DNA of 64,000 nt from an uncultured Candidatus Rokubacteria bacterium (lineage in GTDB: Bacteria; Methylomirabilota; Methylomirabilia; Rokubacteriales; CSP1-6), in contig CAVWFS010000018.1 of assembly GCA_963754315.1 (NCBI GenBank), positions 832,001-896,000 of the forward strand, read 5' to 3'. Under the pieces are notes generated by a model, which worked only from the letters and a program-made list of their open reading frames with translations, made no database searches and had not been told where the DNA came from. Below, piece after piece: positions 12,309-23,527 of the stretch (positions are counted from its first letter, which is position 1; every line of letters begins with the position of its first letter). The translations under genes and the position numbers were made by a program.

Positions 12309-13907
12309 GTGCCTTCCACCGAAACCCTGACGTACGCGGCGGCGGCCGCCGCCGGCGGACTCGCGCTCGCGTTGGCATATCCGAACTTCGAGTTCACCGC
12401 CCTGGCCTGGACGGGGCTGGCCCCGGTCATCGTCATAGCGCTGTGGCAGCGCCCGGCCGCGGCCTTCGGCTGGGGCTGGCTGGCTGGTCTCCTGTTCTTC
12501 TTCACACTTCTCAGCTGGCTTAACTTCACCTTCAGCGTGTACAGCACTATTCCCGGACCGCTCATCTACGTGCCCACCATTGCCCTCGCCTCCTACTGTG
12601 CGCTGTACGTCGCCCTCTTCGCGGCGGCCCTCGCCTGGGTGGCCGGACGCGGCACGATGGCGTGGGCCCTGCTCTGCGCGCCCTTCTTCTGGGTGGCCGC
12701 CGAGTGGGTGCGCGGACATCTCATGGGCGGATTCCCATGGGGGCTCTTGGGGTACTCGCAGTATCGCGAGCTGCGGGTCATCCAGATTGCCGAGCTCGGC
12801 GGAGTCTACGCCGTGTCGTTCGTGGTCGTCGCAGCCAACAGCGCGCTCGCCGGGCTTTTCGTTCTCCGCTGGCGGCCAGCTCTCATCGGTCTGGTTGGTG
12901 GAAGCATGCTCGTCCTGGCCACCCTAGGCTTCGGCGCGATGCGCCTCGCGCAATGGGGGGCCGCGCGCGGCGAAGTTCACATCGGCATCATGCAGCCGGC
13001 CATCGAGCAGCCGCTCAAGTTCGATCCCAACCATGCCGCCCAGACCTTGGGGATTTACCTGGAACTCACGCGGCGTGCCGCACGCGACCGGCCCCAGCTC
13101 TTGGTGTGGCCCGAGACGGCGATGCCAACTGCCCTGCGCCGCGACACGATGCTGCAGCGGCTGTTGACCGACACGGTAGGGGCCCTGGACATGCCTCTGC
13201 TCGTCGGCTCCATCGATGTGACAGAGGGCCGCCCCGTCCGGTACCAGAACACCGCGTTCCTGATCACCCGAGACGGGATCGCCCAGCGATATGATAAGAT
13301 TCAACTAGTTCCCTTTGGTGAGTACGTGCCCTTTTCCGCTCTGCTGGGGTTCGTGCGAGGCTGGGCTGAGTTCGTCGCCGATCTGGAGCCCGGTCTCCGG
13401 CCGGTCGTCTTCAGCGGCCCTCCCTCGCCCTTCGGTGTCGTGATCTGTTACGAGGGTATCTTCCCCGAGCTGGTGCGCGAGTTTGTGAAGGATGGTGCAC
13501 GCTTCATGGTGAACATGACGAACGATGCCTGGTTCGGGCGGACGAGCGGTCCTGCTCAGCACCTGGCCATGTACCCGTTGCGCGCCGTTGAGCATCGCCT
13601 TGCCGTGGTCCGTGCGGCCAATACAGGGATCTCTGCCTTCATCGCCCCGACGGGGCGCATCGTGCGTCGCTTGCCGCTCTTCGAACGCAGCGTCATGACC
13701 GACACGGTGCCTCTGCGGGAAGGCCGCACCCTGTACACCCGCTTCGGTGACTGGTTGGCCTGGCTGTCCTCTAGGGGTGACAGGGGTTGCGCTGGCGGTG
13801 GCGTGGCGACGGTCGCCGACCGGGGAGCGCGCGTAATGCATGCGGACAGCAAGCGCGAACTGGCCGAGCTGACGCGCCGTCTCGACGAATTTCGGAGGCA
13901 TCTTTGA
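12309..13907 (+). CDS. lnt: Apolipoprotein N-acyltransferase (as read runs into prfB ORF0; probable true end 13836)
   Basis: TM helices, GFPW, catalytic triad VWPE / YDKIQLVPFGEY / ICYE, TNDAWFG, RAANTGIS; last TM helix lies in the +1 frame after 13770. Confidence 0.93.
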   Translation: MPSTETLTYAAAAAAGGLALALAYPNFEFTALAWTGLAPVIVIALWQRPAAAFGWGWLAGLLFFFTLLSWLNFTFSVYSTIPGPLIYVPTIALASYCALYVALFAAALAWVAGRGTMAWALLCAPFFWVAAEWVRGHLMGGFPWGLLGYSQYRELRVIQIAELGGVYAVSFVVVAANSALAGLFVLRWRPALIGLVGGSMLVLATLGFGAMRLAQWGAARGEVHIGIMQPAIEQPLKFDPNHAAQTLGIYLELTRRAARDRPQLLVWPETAMPTALRRDTMLQRLLTDTVGALDMPLLVGSIDVTEGRPVRYQNTAFLITRDGIAQRYDKIQLVPFGEYVPFSALLGFVRGWAEFVADLEPGLRPVVFSGPPSPFGVVICYEGIFPELVREFVKDGARFMVNMTNDAWFGRTSGPAQHLAMYPLRAVEHRLAVVRAANTGISAFIAPTGRIVRRLPLFERSVMTDTVPLREGRTLYTRFGDWLAWLSSRGDRGCAGGGVATVADRGARVMHADSKRELAELTRRLDEFRRHL

Positions 13908-14937
13908 CGTTCCGGCCAAGGAGAAGCGACTGGCTGAGCTCGAGAAAGAGATGGGCTCGCCCGCATTCTGGGAGGACAATCGGCGCGCGCAGGAGCTGAT
14001 CCGCGAGCGAAGCGAGTTGTCCCGGCTGACGGGGACCTTGGCGGATCTGGCCAACAGTGCCGAGGATCTCTCCGTGCTGCTCGAGCTAGCCTCCGAGGAG
14101 GATGACGGGTCCCTTGACGGCGAGATCGCGACGGGGCTGGGTCGCCTCCGCCAGGCTCTGGACGAGTTCGAGCTCAAGATCATGCTGTCGGGCCCGCATG
14201 ATGGGAAGGCCGCTATCGTCTCTATCCACCCCGGCGCCGGTGGCACGGAATCCCAAGATTGGGCCCAGATGCTCATGCGGATGTACCTGCGCTGGTGTGA
14301 GCGAGTGGGGCTCAAGGGCGAGGTGGTGGATTTGCTCCCGGGTGACGAAGCAGGTATCAAGTCGGTCACCATCGAGGTCAGCGGCGAGTACGCCTACGGG
14401 TACCTGCGCGGGGAGACAGGAGTACATCGCCTCGTGCGCATCTCACCGTTCGATGCGTCCAAGCGTCGGCAGACGAGCTTCGCTTCGGTGGCAGTTACCC
14501 CCGAGGTCGACGACGTCGAGGTGGTGGTCAAGGAAGAGGACATCCGTGTCGACGTCTACCGGTCGTCGGGGCCGGGAGGGCAGGGAGTCAATACGGCCGA
14601 CTCCGCTGTCCGGCTCACCCACTTGCCGACCGGCATCGTGGTCGCCTGTCAGAACGAGCGGTCGCAGTTAAGGAACCGGGATACGGCCATGCGGATTCTC
14701 AAAGCCAGGCTCTACGAGCTGGCCGAGAAGAAGCAGCGGGAGGAGCTGGCCGAGTTGACCGGACACAAGAAGGAGATCGCCTTCGGCAGCCAGATCCGAT
14801 CCTACACTTTTCACCCCTACCAGCTCATCAAGGACCATCGGACGGCGCTGGAAGTGGGCAACGTGGAGGCGGTGATGGACGGCGCGCTCGACGAATTCAT
14901 CAAAGCGTATCTCCTGTGGTCGCGGGGACGCGCGTGA
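13836..14937 (+). CDS. prfB: Peptide chain release factor 2, programmed +1 frameshift: join(13836..13904,13906..14937)
   Basis: ATG 13836; GGAGG-CAT-CTT-TGA-C shift site; SPF (RISPFD) and GGQ (GPGGQGVN) motifs. Confidence 0.97.
13894..13908 (+). promoter_or_regulatory. prfB autoregulatory +1 frameshift signal
   Basis: Internal SD GGAGG 13894-13898, 3 nt spacer, CTT TGA C 13902-13908. Confidence 0.95.
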
Positions 14938-16451
14938 GCGAGTCGGGCCTCCCCGAACAGGTTCGCCAGCGGCACGAGAAGCTGGCCGCCCTGCGGAGGC
15001 GGGGCATCGATCCCTTCGGGGGGCGCCATGCCGTGACCCACTGGGCGAAAGGGCTGACGCAGGCGCTGGGGGCGGCCAGCGACGACGAGCTGAAGGCCTT
15101 TGGGCCTGTGAGCATGGCCGGTCGCATCGTCGCCCTGCGCGACCACGGTAAGACCTGCTTCGCCCAGCTCATGGATCATAGCGGCCGCATTCAGCTCTAT
15201 GCCCGCGCCGATCAGCTCGGCGAGGAGTATCGGCTCTTTCGCGACCTCGACATCGGGGACTTCGTCGGCGTGACGGGGGAGCTGTTCCGCACGCGCACGG
15301 GGCAACTCACGGTGGGAGTGAAGGTCGCCACCTTCTTGGGTAAGGCCCTGCGGCCCCTGCCCGAGAAATGGCACGGCCTGCGCGATGTCGAGACCCGCTA
15401 CCGCCGACGCTACGTCGATCTCATCGTGAACCCGGACACGCGTGAGATCTTCGTCCTCCGCAGCCGACTGGTCCGTGCCCTGCGCGAGTTCCTCGATGTC
15501 CGGGGGTTCCTCGAGGTCGAGACGCCCATGATGCAGCTCATACCCGGCGGGGCGACCGCGCGGCCGTTCGTGACCCATCACAACACGCTCGGCCTCGATC
15601 TCTACCTCCGCGTCGCGCCCGAGCTGTACCTCAAGCGGCTCGTGGTGGGGGGATTCGAGCGCGTCTACGAGATCAACCGGAACTTCCGCAACGAGGGAGT
15701 GTCGACCCAGCACAATCCCGAGTTCACCATGCTCGAGTTTTACCAGGCCTATGCGGACTACACCGACCTCATGGAGCTGACAGAAGAGCTGTTCGGGGAA
15801 TTGGCCCAGAACCTGGTCGGCCGTCTCGACGTCACCTGGGGCGAGCACGCGATCGATCTGACGCCACCCTGGCCGCGCCTGCCGTTCTTCGCCGGTCTCT
15901 CGCGCGCGCTGGGGATGATGGTGACGCCGGCCACCGAGCGCGGCCTCCTGACGGAGGCGGCCCAGGCGCGCGGCGTGAACAGCGATCCCGGCGCCCCCCT
16001 CGCCACGCTCTGGAAGGACGCCTTCGAGGCTCTGGTGGAGCCGACCTTGGTCGCCCCGACCTTCGTCGTCGATTTCCCGGTCGAGTTGTCGCCCCTTTCC
16101 AAGCGGAAGACGAGTGACCCAAGGCTGGTGGACCGCTTCGAGCTGTTCATCGGACAGCGCGAGCTGGCCAATGCCTATAGCGAGCTGAACGATCCTATCG
16201 ACCAGCGGGCGCGCTTCCTCGAGCAGGTGGCGGCCCGCGCCGACGGCGATGACGAGGCGCACTGGCTCGATGAGGACTACGTTCGCGCGCTCGAGTATGG
16301 CCTTCCCCCCACGGCCGGAGAGGGCATCGGTATCGACCGGCTCGTCATGCTCTTCGCTAATCAGCCATCGATCCGGGAGGTCATCCTCTTCCCCCACCTG
16401 CGCCCCGAGCGGGGACGGCCCGCCGAGGACGACGGGACGGAGGACGTGTGA
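14934..16451 (+). CDS. lysS: Lysine--tRNA ligase (class II)
   Basis: [53 protein letters not shown] overlap with prfB. Confidence 0.97.
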   Translation: MSESGLPEQVRQRHEKLAALRRRGIDPFGGRHAVTHWAKGLTQALGAASDDELKAFGPVSMAGRIVALRDHGKTCFAQLMDHSGRIQLYARADQLGEEYRLFRDLDIGDFVGVTGELFRTRTGQLTVGVKVATFLGKALRPLPEKWHGLRDVETRYRRRYVDLIVNPDTREIFVLRSRLVRALREFLDVRGFLEVETPMMQLIPGGATARPFVTHHNTLGLDLYLRVAPELYLKRLVVGGFERVYEINRNFRNEGVSTQHNPEFTMLEFYQAYADYTDLMELTEELFGELAQNLVGRLDVTWGEHAIDLTPPWPRLPFFAGLSRALGMMVTPATERGLLTEAAQARGVNSDPGAPLATLWKDAFEALVEPTLVAPTFVVDFPVELSPLSKRKTSDPRLVDRFELFIGQRELANAYSELNDPIDQRARFLEQVAARADGDDEAHWLDEDYVRALEYGLPPTAGEGIGIDRLVMLFANQPSIREVILFPHLRPERGRPAEDDGTEDV

Positions 16452-17683
16452 GCCGGGGGGCCTCGTTCGAGCTGTTCCTTGGCCTGCGTTACCTGCGGGC
16501 GCGGGGTCAACGGGCGAATATGTCGCTCTTCGTGTGGATCGGGGTCGGTGGCGTGTTCCTCGGAGTCGCCGCCCTCATCGTGGTCCTGGCCGTGATGACC
16601 GGTTTCCAGGACGGGATTCGCGACCGGATGATCGCGGGCAATCCCCACCTGATCGTCCTGCAGGTGGGCGGCCGCGGTCTCAGTGACGCCAACACGGTCG
16701 CCCGGCGCGTGGAGCGCGTGCCAGGGATCGTTTCGGCGACTCCCTTTGTGCTCCAGCAAGCCCTCTTCACCAGCCAGGGCGGAGGCGCTCACGGGGGTTT
16801 GGTGCGCGGCGTGGATCTCTCGGCGCCGTCCATGGTTGCCATCCTCCAGGGACAGCTCAGACGCGGTACGTTGGGACCCCTCGTCAAGGGCGAGCCAGCC
16901 ATCCTGCTCGGTGCGGAACTGGCCCGGACCTTGGGGGTGACCGTGGGCGACTCGGTCACGCTCATCTCTCCCCAAGGGGCGCTCACTGCGGTCGGCATGG
17001 TCCCCAAGATGCGGCGCTTCACCGTGGCGGGAACGATCGGTATCGGGATGCACGATCTGGACGCGTCGATCGGGTACGTGCCCCTGATCGCCGCCCAGGA
17101 GTTCGCGGGGCTCCCCGGGGCCGTCACCGGCATCGAAGTGAAGCTCAACGATCCGTTCGCCGCCAAGCGGGTGGGGCGCGCGGTGACCGCCGAGCTTGGG
17201 CGCGGGTTCTGGGTGCGCGACTGGATGGACGACAATCGCAATCTATTCGCCGCGCTGCAGCTCGAGAAGCTCGCCCTCTTCATCATCGTGACCATGATCG
17301 TGCTGGTGGCCGCCTTTGCCATCATCGGGCATTTGGTGCTTCTGGTGGCGGAGAAGCGCAAGGAAATCGGGATCCTGAAGGCCATCGGGGCGTCCAATGC
17401 CAGCATCACCACGGTGTTCTTCGTCATCGGAATGACCATCGGGCTGGTGGGCACCGTGAGCGGAAGCGCGGTAGGTCTCGCCATCATCTGGCTGCAGAAC
17501 ACGTTCAAGATCATCCGGCTCGCCGGTGACGTGTACCAGATCGACCACTTGCCGATGAAGCTGACCGCGGGCGACTTCGCCCTGGTGGTCGGCTCCACCC
17601 TGCTCCTGTCCTTTCTGGCGACCGTCTTCCCGGCTCGCCGGGCTGGCTCTCTGGCACCCGTCGACGTGCTGCGCTATGAGTGA
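16448..17683 (+). CDS. lolE: Lipoprotein-releasing ABC transporter permease (LolC/E family)
   Basis: [62 protein letters not shown]. Confidence 0.92.
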   Translation: MSRGASFELFLGLRYLRARGQRANMSLFVWIGVGGVFLGVAALIVVLAVMTGFQDGIRDRMIAGNPHLIVLQVGGRGLSDANTVARRVERVPGIVSATPFVLQQALFTSQGGGAHGGLVRGVDLSAPSMVAILQGQLRRGTLGPLVKGEPAILLGAELARTLGVTVGDSVTLISPQGALTAVGMVPKMRRFTVAGTIGIGMHDLDASIGYVPLIAAQEFAGLPGAVTGIEVKLNDPFAAKRVGRAVTAELGRGFWVRDWMDDNRNLFAALQLEKLALFIIVTMIVLVAAFAIIGHLVLLVAEKRKEIGILKAIGASNASITTVFFVIGMTIGLVGTVSGSAVGLAIIWLQNTFKIIRLAGDVYQIDHLPMKLTAGDFALVVGSTLLLSFLATVFPARRAGSLAPVDVLRYE

Positions 17684-18389
17684 CGGGGAGGGGGCGCGCT
17701 TGCTCATGGCAGACGAGCTCGAGAAGGAGTATCGATCTGGCCCGGAAGTCGTGCGTGTGCTGCGAGGAGCCTCGCTCAGCGTGAGCGCAGCAGAGGCCGT
17801 CGCCCTAGTCGGCGCCTCCGGGGTGGGCAAGTCGACCCTGCTCCACATTTTGGGCGCCCTCGATCGCCCGACGGCGGGGCGCGTTCTGTTCACGGGTGAG
17901 GACATCTTCACCCGCAGCGAGGCAGGACTCACGCGCTTCCGCCGCCACGAGGTAGGGTTCGTGTTCCAGTTCTACAATCTCCTCGGTGAGATGACGGCCC
18001 TGGAGAACACGATGCTCCCCGCGCTGCTCGAGCGGACCTCCGTGGGCGCGGCCCGCACGCGCGCGGCCGAGGCACTCGCCGAGGTGGGGCTGGCCGATCG
18101 TCTCCGCCACCGTCCGGGAGAGCTGTCTGGAGGCGAGCAGCAGCGGGTCGCCATCGCGCGCGCGCTCATGAATCATCCGCGCCTGATCCTGGCCGACGAG
18201 CCGACGGGGAACCTGGACCCGAAGACGAGCGAGGTCATTTACGAGCTCTTCCTGAGGCTGCAGGCGGAGCGGGGCATCGCGTTCCTCGTCGCCACCCACA
18301 ATCCCGAACTCGCTCGGAAGATGGATCGCTCGTATCGACTCGTCGAGGGACGCGCGCTGGAGGAGCCTCGTCGGGAGGGGGGCACGTGA
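17676..18389 (+). CDS. lolD: Lipoprotein-releasing ABC transporter ATPase LolD
   Basis: GASGVGKST, GFVFQFYNLL, LSGGEQQRVAIARAL, ADEPTGNLD. Confidence 0.92.
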   Translation: MSDGEGARLLMADELEKEYRSGPEVVRVLRGASLSVSAAEAVALVGASGVGKSTLLHILGALDRPTAGRVLFTGEDIFTRSEAGLTRFRRHEVGFVFQFYNLLGEMTALENTMLPALLERTSVGAARTRAAEALAEVGLADRLRHRPGELSGGEQQRVAIARALMNHPRLILADEPTGNLDPKTSEVIYELFLRLQAERGIAFLVATHNPELARKMDRSYRLVEGRALEEPRREGGT

Positions 18390-18542
18390 GGGTGGCTTTG
18401 AAATTTCGCGGGGTTCGACGACAGGTGACGAAAAAGTCTGGCGACGTTCTTGACGGTGGGGTATAGTGGATTCGACTAACTAGCCGTCCGCCAAAGGAAA
18501 TTTAGCTGCGGGGGCGCCGAAAAGGGGTGAGGGGGCCAACCT

Positions 18543-20991
18543 GTGTTTGAACGGTTCACGGAACGGGCGCGGCGAGTAATCATCCTGGCACGTGAAGAGG
18601 CGGGGCGTTTCCGCCACGATTTCGTTGGTACGGAGCACGTCCTCCTCGGCTTGATCCGTGACGGGGAGGGTATTGCGACTGCCGTGTTGCAACGCCTGGG
18701 ACTGCGGTTGGAGACGGTCAAGGCTGAGGTTGAGCGGGCGCTGGCGGGGTTCCCCAAGACGCTGACGTTCGGCGAGGTGCCTTTCACGCCCCAGGCCAAG
18801 CGGGTTCTCGAGCTGTCGATCGAGGAGGCTCGTCAGCTCGGCCACAACTACATCGGGACCGAACATCTCCTCCTGGGCCTCATGAAGGAAGGCCAGTCCA
18901 TCGCGGCCAAGATTCTCGAGTCGCTGGGCGCTCGTCTGGACGAGGTGCGCCAGGAGACGCTGGCTCTTCTGGGTGACCAGTACTATCCCCGCCCCAAAAA
19001 GCGCTCGCAGACTCCCGTCCTGGACGAGTTCGCCCGCGACCTCACTCAGCTGGCCCGAGAAACGAAGCTCGACCCCGTCATCGGGCGCGAGCAGGAGATC
19101 GAGCGGGTCATCCAGATCCTCGCCCGTCGTACCAAGAACAATCCCGTCCTCATCGGGGAGCCGGGCGTGGGCAAGACGGCCATCGTCGAGGGGCTGGCCC
19201 AGAAGATCGTCGCCCACGACGTGCCCGACGTGCTCGTGAACAAGCGCCTGCTGCAGCTCGACCTGGGAGCCCTCGTAGCCGGTACGAAGTACCGCGGCCA
19301 GTTCGAGGAGCGCCTGAAGGCCGTGATGAAGGAGATCCGCCAGTCGGAGAACGTCGTACTCTTCCTCGATGAGCTGCACACGCTCATCGGGGCGGGGGCG
19401 GCCGAGGGCGCCATCGACGCCTCCAACATGCTGAAGCCCGCCCTGTCGAGAGGTGAGATCCAGACCATCGGCGCCACGACCCTCGACGAGTACCGCAAGT
19501 ACATCGAGAAGGACGGGGCCCTGGAGCGGCGCTTTCAGCCTGTCATCGTGCGCGCGCCCAGCGTGCCAGAGGCCATCGAGATCATCCGCGGTCTGCGTCA
19601 CAAGTACGAAGCTCATCATCGCGTGAAGATCACGGAGCAGGCCATCAACGCCGCCGTGATGCTGGCGGACCGCTACATCACCGACCGTCAGCTTCCCGAC
19701 AAGGCCATCGACGTCATCGACGAGGCTTCGTCCCGGACGCGGCTCATGGCCCTGACCCCTCCGGCCGAGATCAAGGATCTCGAAAAGGAGCTGGAGACGG
19801 GTCATCCGCGAGAAGGACATGTACCTGGAGGCCCAGGAGTTCGAGAAGGCGGCTGCGCTCAGGGAGAAGGAGAAGGTGCTCCGCGCCCGCGAAGAGGATC
19901 TGAAGCGGGAGTGGGAGAAGAACAAGGGCAAGGGTACCCAGTCGGTGGGGGAAGAGGACATCGAGTTCATCGTCTCGCGCTGGACGGGAATCCCCCTTGC
20001 CAAGCTCGAGGAGAAGGAGTCGGAGAAGCTCTCACGCATGGAAGAAGCTCTCCATGGCCGCATCGTGGGCCAGAACGACGCGGTGACGGCAGTGGCCAGG
20101 GCTATCCGCCGCTCCCGGGCAGGGCTGAAGGACGCCAAGCGACCTGTAGGCTCGTTCGTCTTCCTGGGCCCGACCGGGGTGGGCAAGACCGAACTGGCCC
20201 GGACCCTGGCCGAATATCTCTTCGGCGACGAGAACGCCCTGATCCGCGTGGACATGTCGGAGTACATGGAGAAGTTCTCGGTGTCGCGCCTGCTCGGCGC
20301 TCCTCCTGGCTACGTCGGTTATGAGGAGGGCGGCTACCTGACCGAGAAGGTGCGACGGCGCCCGTACTCGGTCGTGCTGTTCGATGAGATCGAGAAGGCC
20401 CACCCCGACGTCTTCAACATGCTGTTGCAGGTGCTCGACGACGGCCGCTTGACCGATTCTCTCGGGCATGTCGTCGATTTCAAGAACACCATCCTCATCA
20501 TGACCTCCAACCTGGGAACCAGCCTCATCGGTAAACGCACCTCGCCCGGGTTCCTGCAGGAGTCCGACGAGGCCTCCTACGAGAAGATGAAGGATCGGGT
20601 GATGGAGGAGTTGAAGCGCGCCTTCCGCCCGGAATTCCTCAACCGGATCGACGATATCATCGTCTTCCACGCCCTGTCGCTGGACCATATCAAGGTCATC
20701 ATTCGCTTGATGGTGGACCGCATCAACAAGCAACTCGTGGAGAAGGGCATCGAGCTGGCCCTGACCCCCGGCGCCGAAACGGCCCTGGTCGAGAAGGGCT
20801 ACGATCCCACCTACGGAGCGCGGCAGCTCAGGCGGACCATCCAGAAGCACGTGGAGGATCCGCTGGCGGAGGCGATCGTACGCGGCCAAGTGCCAGAGAG
20901 CGCGCGGATCGAGGTCGATATCGAGGGAGGGGCCTTCGTGTTCCGTGAGATCCGGGCGATCGAGACACCCCTCGCCCTGGCTGAACACTAG
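18543..20991 (+). CDS. clpC: Clp protease ATP-binding subunit ClpC (one apparent +1 frameshift at about 19797-19801)
   Basis: [12 protein letters not shown]lp-N repeats, [15 protein letters not shown] in ORF 18543..20324; UVR helix, [24 protein letters not shown] in ORF 19819..20991. Confidence 0.93.
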
Positions 20992-21013
20992 TCGGCCGCT
21001 GCCGAGCCACGAA

Positions 21014-23296
21014 GTGGCGGCCGGCGCCCAGCGGCGTCGCGTGGGTTGGGTTACGCTGCTGGTGGGTCTCCTGACGTCGGTTGGGTGGGCCGCGCTGGCT
21101 CATGCCCAGCAGCAGCAGCCGCCCATCACCATCAAGGACGTGACCGTCGAGGGCAATCGCCGCGTGCAGGAGGCGGTCATCCTCGGCCGAGTGCGGAGTA
21201 CGGTCGGCGGCACGTTCAGCGCCACTCAGCTCTCGGACGATATCCGCGCCGTCTTCGCGCTCGGCTTCTTCGACGACGTGCAGGCCCGCGTGACCGACTT
21301 CGAGGGAGGCGTGCGCCTGACCTTCGCGGTGAAGGAGCGGCCTTTCGTGCGGGACGTGACCTTTGCCGGCAACAAGACGTTCAGCACGGCGACGCTCCTG
21401 GAGAAAATCGACGTCAAGCTCGGGAGCGTGTACAACCCGGTGGACGTGCAACGGTCGGTCGATTCCCTCAAGACCTACTACGAAGAGGACGGGTACCTGG
21501 AGGCGCGGATCACGCCCGACATCGAACGCTTCGACGACGGCGACGTCCGGGTGACCTTCAGCATCAACGAGGGGCGCCGCATCACCATCAACCGCGTGGT
21601 GATCATCGGGAACCAGGGGCTCACCGCCCAGCAGATCAGACTGGCGATGAACACCCAGGAGCGCGAGTACTTCATCTTCCGGGGGAAGGTGCAGCGGCAG
21701 AAGCTCGACGAGGACGTGGAGCGAATCCTCGCCCTCTACAACGACCACGGCTTCATCCAGGCTCGGGTAGAGCGCACCGACATCACGCTTGACCGCGCCC
21801 GGGCCGAGGCCGTGGTCACCATCACGGTAGTGGAGGGGCCGCAGTTCCGGGTGGGTGAGGTCAACGTCACCGGGGTGACCCTGCTTCCAACCTCGGAGGT
21901 CGAGCGGCAGTTCAAGCTCAAACCCGGCGATGTCTTCTCGCGGACGAAGCTGCGGGAGACCGTGGGTGCCATCACCGATCTCTTCAGTACCATCGGCCGG
22001 GCCTCGGTGGATGTGCTCCCCCGCACGGAGAACATTCCGTCGCCCCCCACCGTCAACATCACCTATGAGATCACCGAAGGCCCCGAAGTGTACGTCGAGC
22101 GTATCAATATCGCGGGGAACACCCGGAGTGAGGACAAGATCCTCCGCCGCGAGATCCCCATGGCCGAGGGTGAACTGTTCACCCTCAAGAAGCTGACCAC
22201 CGCCCGCCAGCGCCTGGTCAACCTGGGGTACTTCGAAACGGTCAACGCCACGACCCAGCCCGGATCGGATCCCGCCAAGATCATCGTGAACTTCGAGGTC
22301 ACCGAGAAGCCGTCCGGGATCTTCAGCATCGGCGGCGGGTACTCGTCGGCGGACAGCTTCGTAGGGACCATCGATCTTGCTCAGAACAACTTCCTGGGCC
22401 GCGGATACCAGGCATCCATTCGAATTCGGGCGGGGGAGCTGACCCAGCAGGGGATCATCAGCTTCACCGATCCGTGGTTGTTCGATATGCCGCTGGCCGG
22501 AGGCTTTGATCTGTTTCTGACCCAGCGCGACTACACTGAGTATACGTACGCATCGCTGGGCGGCGTCGTCCGCCTCAGCAAACCCTTCGAGGAATTCTGG
22601 CGCGCGACGGCCTCCTACCGGCTCTCCCGGGACACGGTCTCCGATGTCAGGCAATTCGACCCCCCCTCGCCGTTGCAGGAGCAAGAGGGAACCACCATCA
22701 CGTCGATGGTCTCGAGTGCGGTTGTCCGCGACACCCGCGACAGCACGGCCTCGCCCAGCAAGGGCGGCCAGTTCTCGCTCGCCGGCGACTTCGCCGGGCT
22801 GGGGGGCGACAATCGTTTCGTCAAGTTCATCGGGTCGATCTCGAATTTCTGGTCTGTCTGGTTTGGCCACATTGTCGCTGGCCGGCTGGAGGGCGGATAC
22901 CTCGCCGGAATCAATCAGGCCACCCCACTGTTCGAGCGCTTCTTCCTGGGGGGGCCGAACTCTCTGCGGGGATGGAAGTTCCGGGATATCACGCCGCTGG
23001 ATCAAAACAACCAGCAGACAGGCGGAAACAGTCAAATCCTGGCGAACGTTGAGTACTTGATCCCGCTGCCCTTTAACTTGCGTCTCGCGCTCTTCGTGGA
23101 CATTGGCAACGTGTACGGATTCTCGGCCCCGTTTGACATCACGAGACTCAACGCCGATGTCGGCGCCGGCCTGCGCTGGCTCTCCCCGTTCGGGCCCCTC
23201 CGTGTGGACTATGGAATCAAGGTTCTCAAGGATTCGCGCACCAGCCAGGATAACGACTTTGGCGCGATCCAGTTCTCCGTGGGAGCTCCGTTCTGA
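21014..23296 (+). CDS. bamA: Outer membrane protein assembly factor BamA
   Basis: Signal peptide ending AHA-Q, POTRA repeats (GN..., GFF/GYF), LGGPNSLRGW, WLSPFGPLRVDY, terminal F; start uncertain (GTG 21014). Confidence 0.95.
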   Translation: MAAGAQRRRVGWVTLLVGLLTSVGWAALAHAQQQQPPITIKDVTVEGNRRVQEAVILGRVRSTVGGTFSATQLSDDIRAVFALGFFDDVQARVTDFEGGVRLTFAVKERPFVRDVTFAGNKTFSTATLLEKIDVKLGSVYNPVDVQRSVDSLKTYYEEDGYLEARITPDIERFDDGDVRVTFSINEGRRITINRVVIIGNQGLTAQQIRLAMNTQEREYFIFRGKVQRQKLDEDVERILALYNDHGFIQARVERTDITLDRARAEAVVTITVVEGPQFRVGEVNVTGVTLLPTSEVERQFKLKPGDVFSRTKLRETVGAITDLFSTIGRASVDVLPRTENIPSPPTVNITYEITEGPEVYVERINIAGNTRSEDKILRREIPMAEGELFTLKKLTTARQRLVNLGYFETVNATTQPGSDPAKIIVNFEVTEKPSGIFSIGGGYSSADSFVGTIDLAQNNFLGRGYQASIRIRAGELTQQGIISFTDPWLFDMPLAGGFDLFLTQRDYTEYTYASLGGVVRLSKPFEEFWRATASYRLSRDTVSDVRQFDPPSPLQEQEGTTITSMVSSAVVRDTRDSTASPSKGGQFSLAGDFAGLGGDNRFVKFIGSISNFWSVWFGHIVAGRLEGGYLAGINQATPLFERFFLGGPNSLRGWKFRDITPLDQNNQQTGGNSQILANVEYLIPLPFNLRLALFVDIGNVYGFSAPFDITRLNADVGAGLRWLSPFGPLRVDYGIKVLKDSRTSQDNDFGAIQFSVGAPF

Positions 23297-23405
23297 CGTC
23301 GATGTCTCGGCAAAGAGCGTGACCCTGTTGATCGCGGGGCGGGCCCGGTGCGGGCGGCCGGGTGCCTGACAAGCTCGTCGCCGCCCCTGTTCTTGGGATA
23401 CCGTG

Positions 23406-23513
23406 GAGTGTCGGGGGGAGCGGCGCTCGCGGTGGCCCGCGATGAATCGCGTAGGGTCGTCGAGAAGCGGCGGGGGGGGTCGGGGGGAGCGGTGCTCGCT
23501 CCCCCCGACATTC
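23406..23513. repeat. REP/MITE-like structured element upstream of skp
   Basis: GTCGGGGGGAGCGGYGCTCGC twice (23410-23430, 23479-23499); one inverted copy CGCTCCCCCCGACA (23497-23510); internal CGCGAT-GA-ATCGCG. Confidence 0.6.
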
Positions 23514-23527
23514 ATAAGGAGGATTTG

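Noticed and set aside
18390..18542. CtsR or HrcA operator, or full -35/-10 promoter before clpC
   Set aside because: No heptad repeats or CIRCE; TTGACG is only 6 nt from TATAGT
19801..20324. G/R/P-rich C-terminus of the 593-aa clpC ORF as a novel domain
   Set aside because: Out-of-frame read-through after the indel
14817..20988. Long minus-strand ORFs opposite lysS and clpC (526, 595, 318 aa)
   Set aside because: Antisense shadows of highly conserved genes
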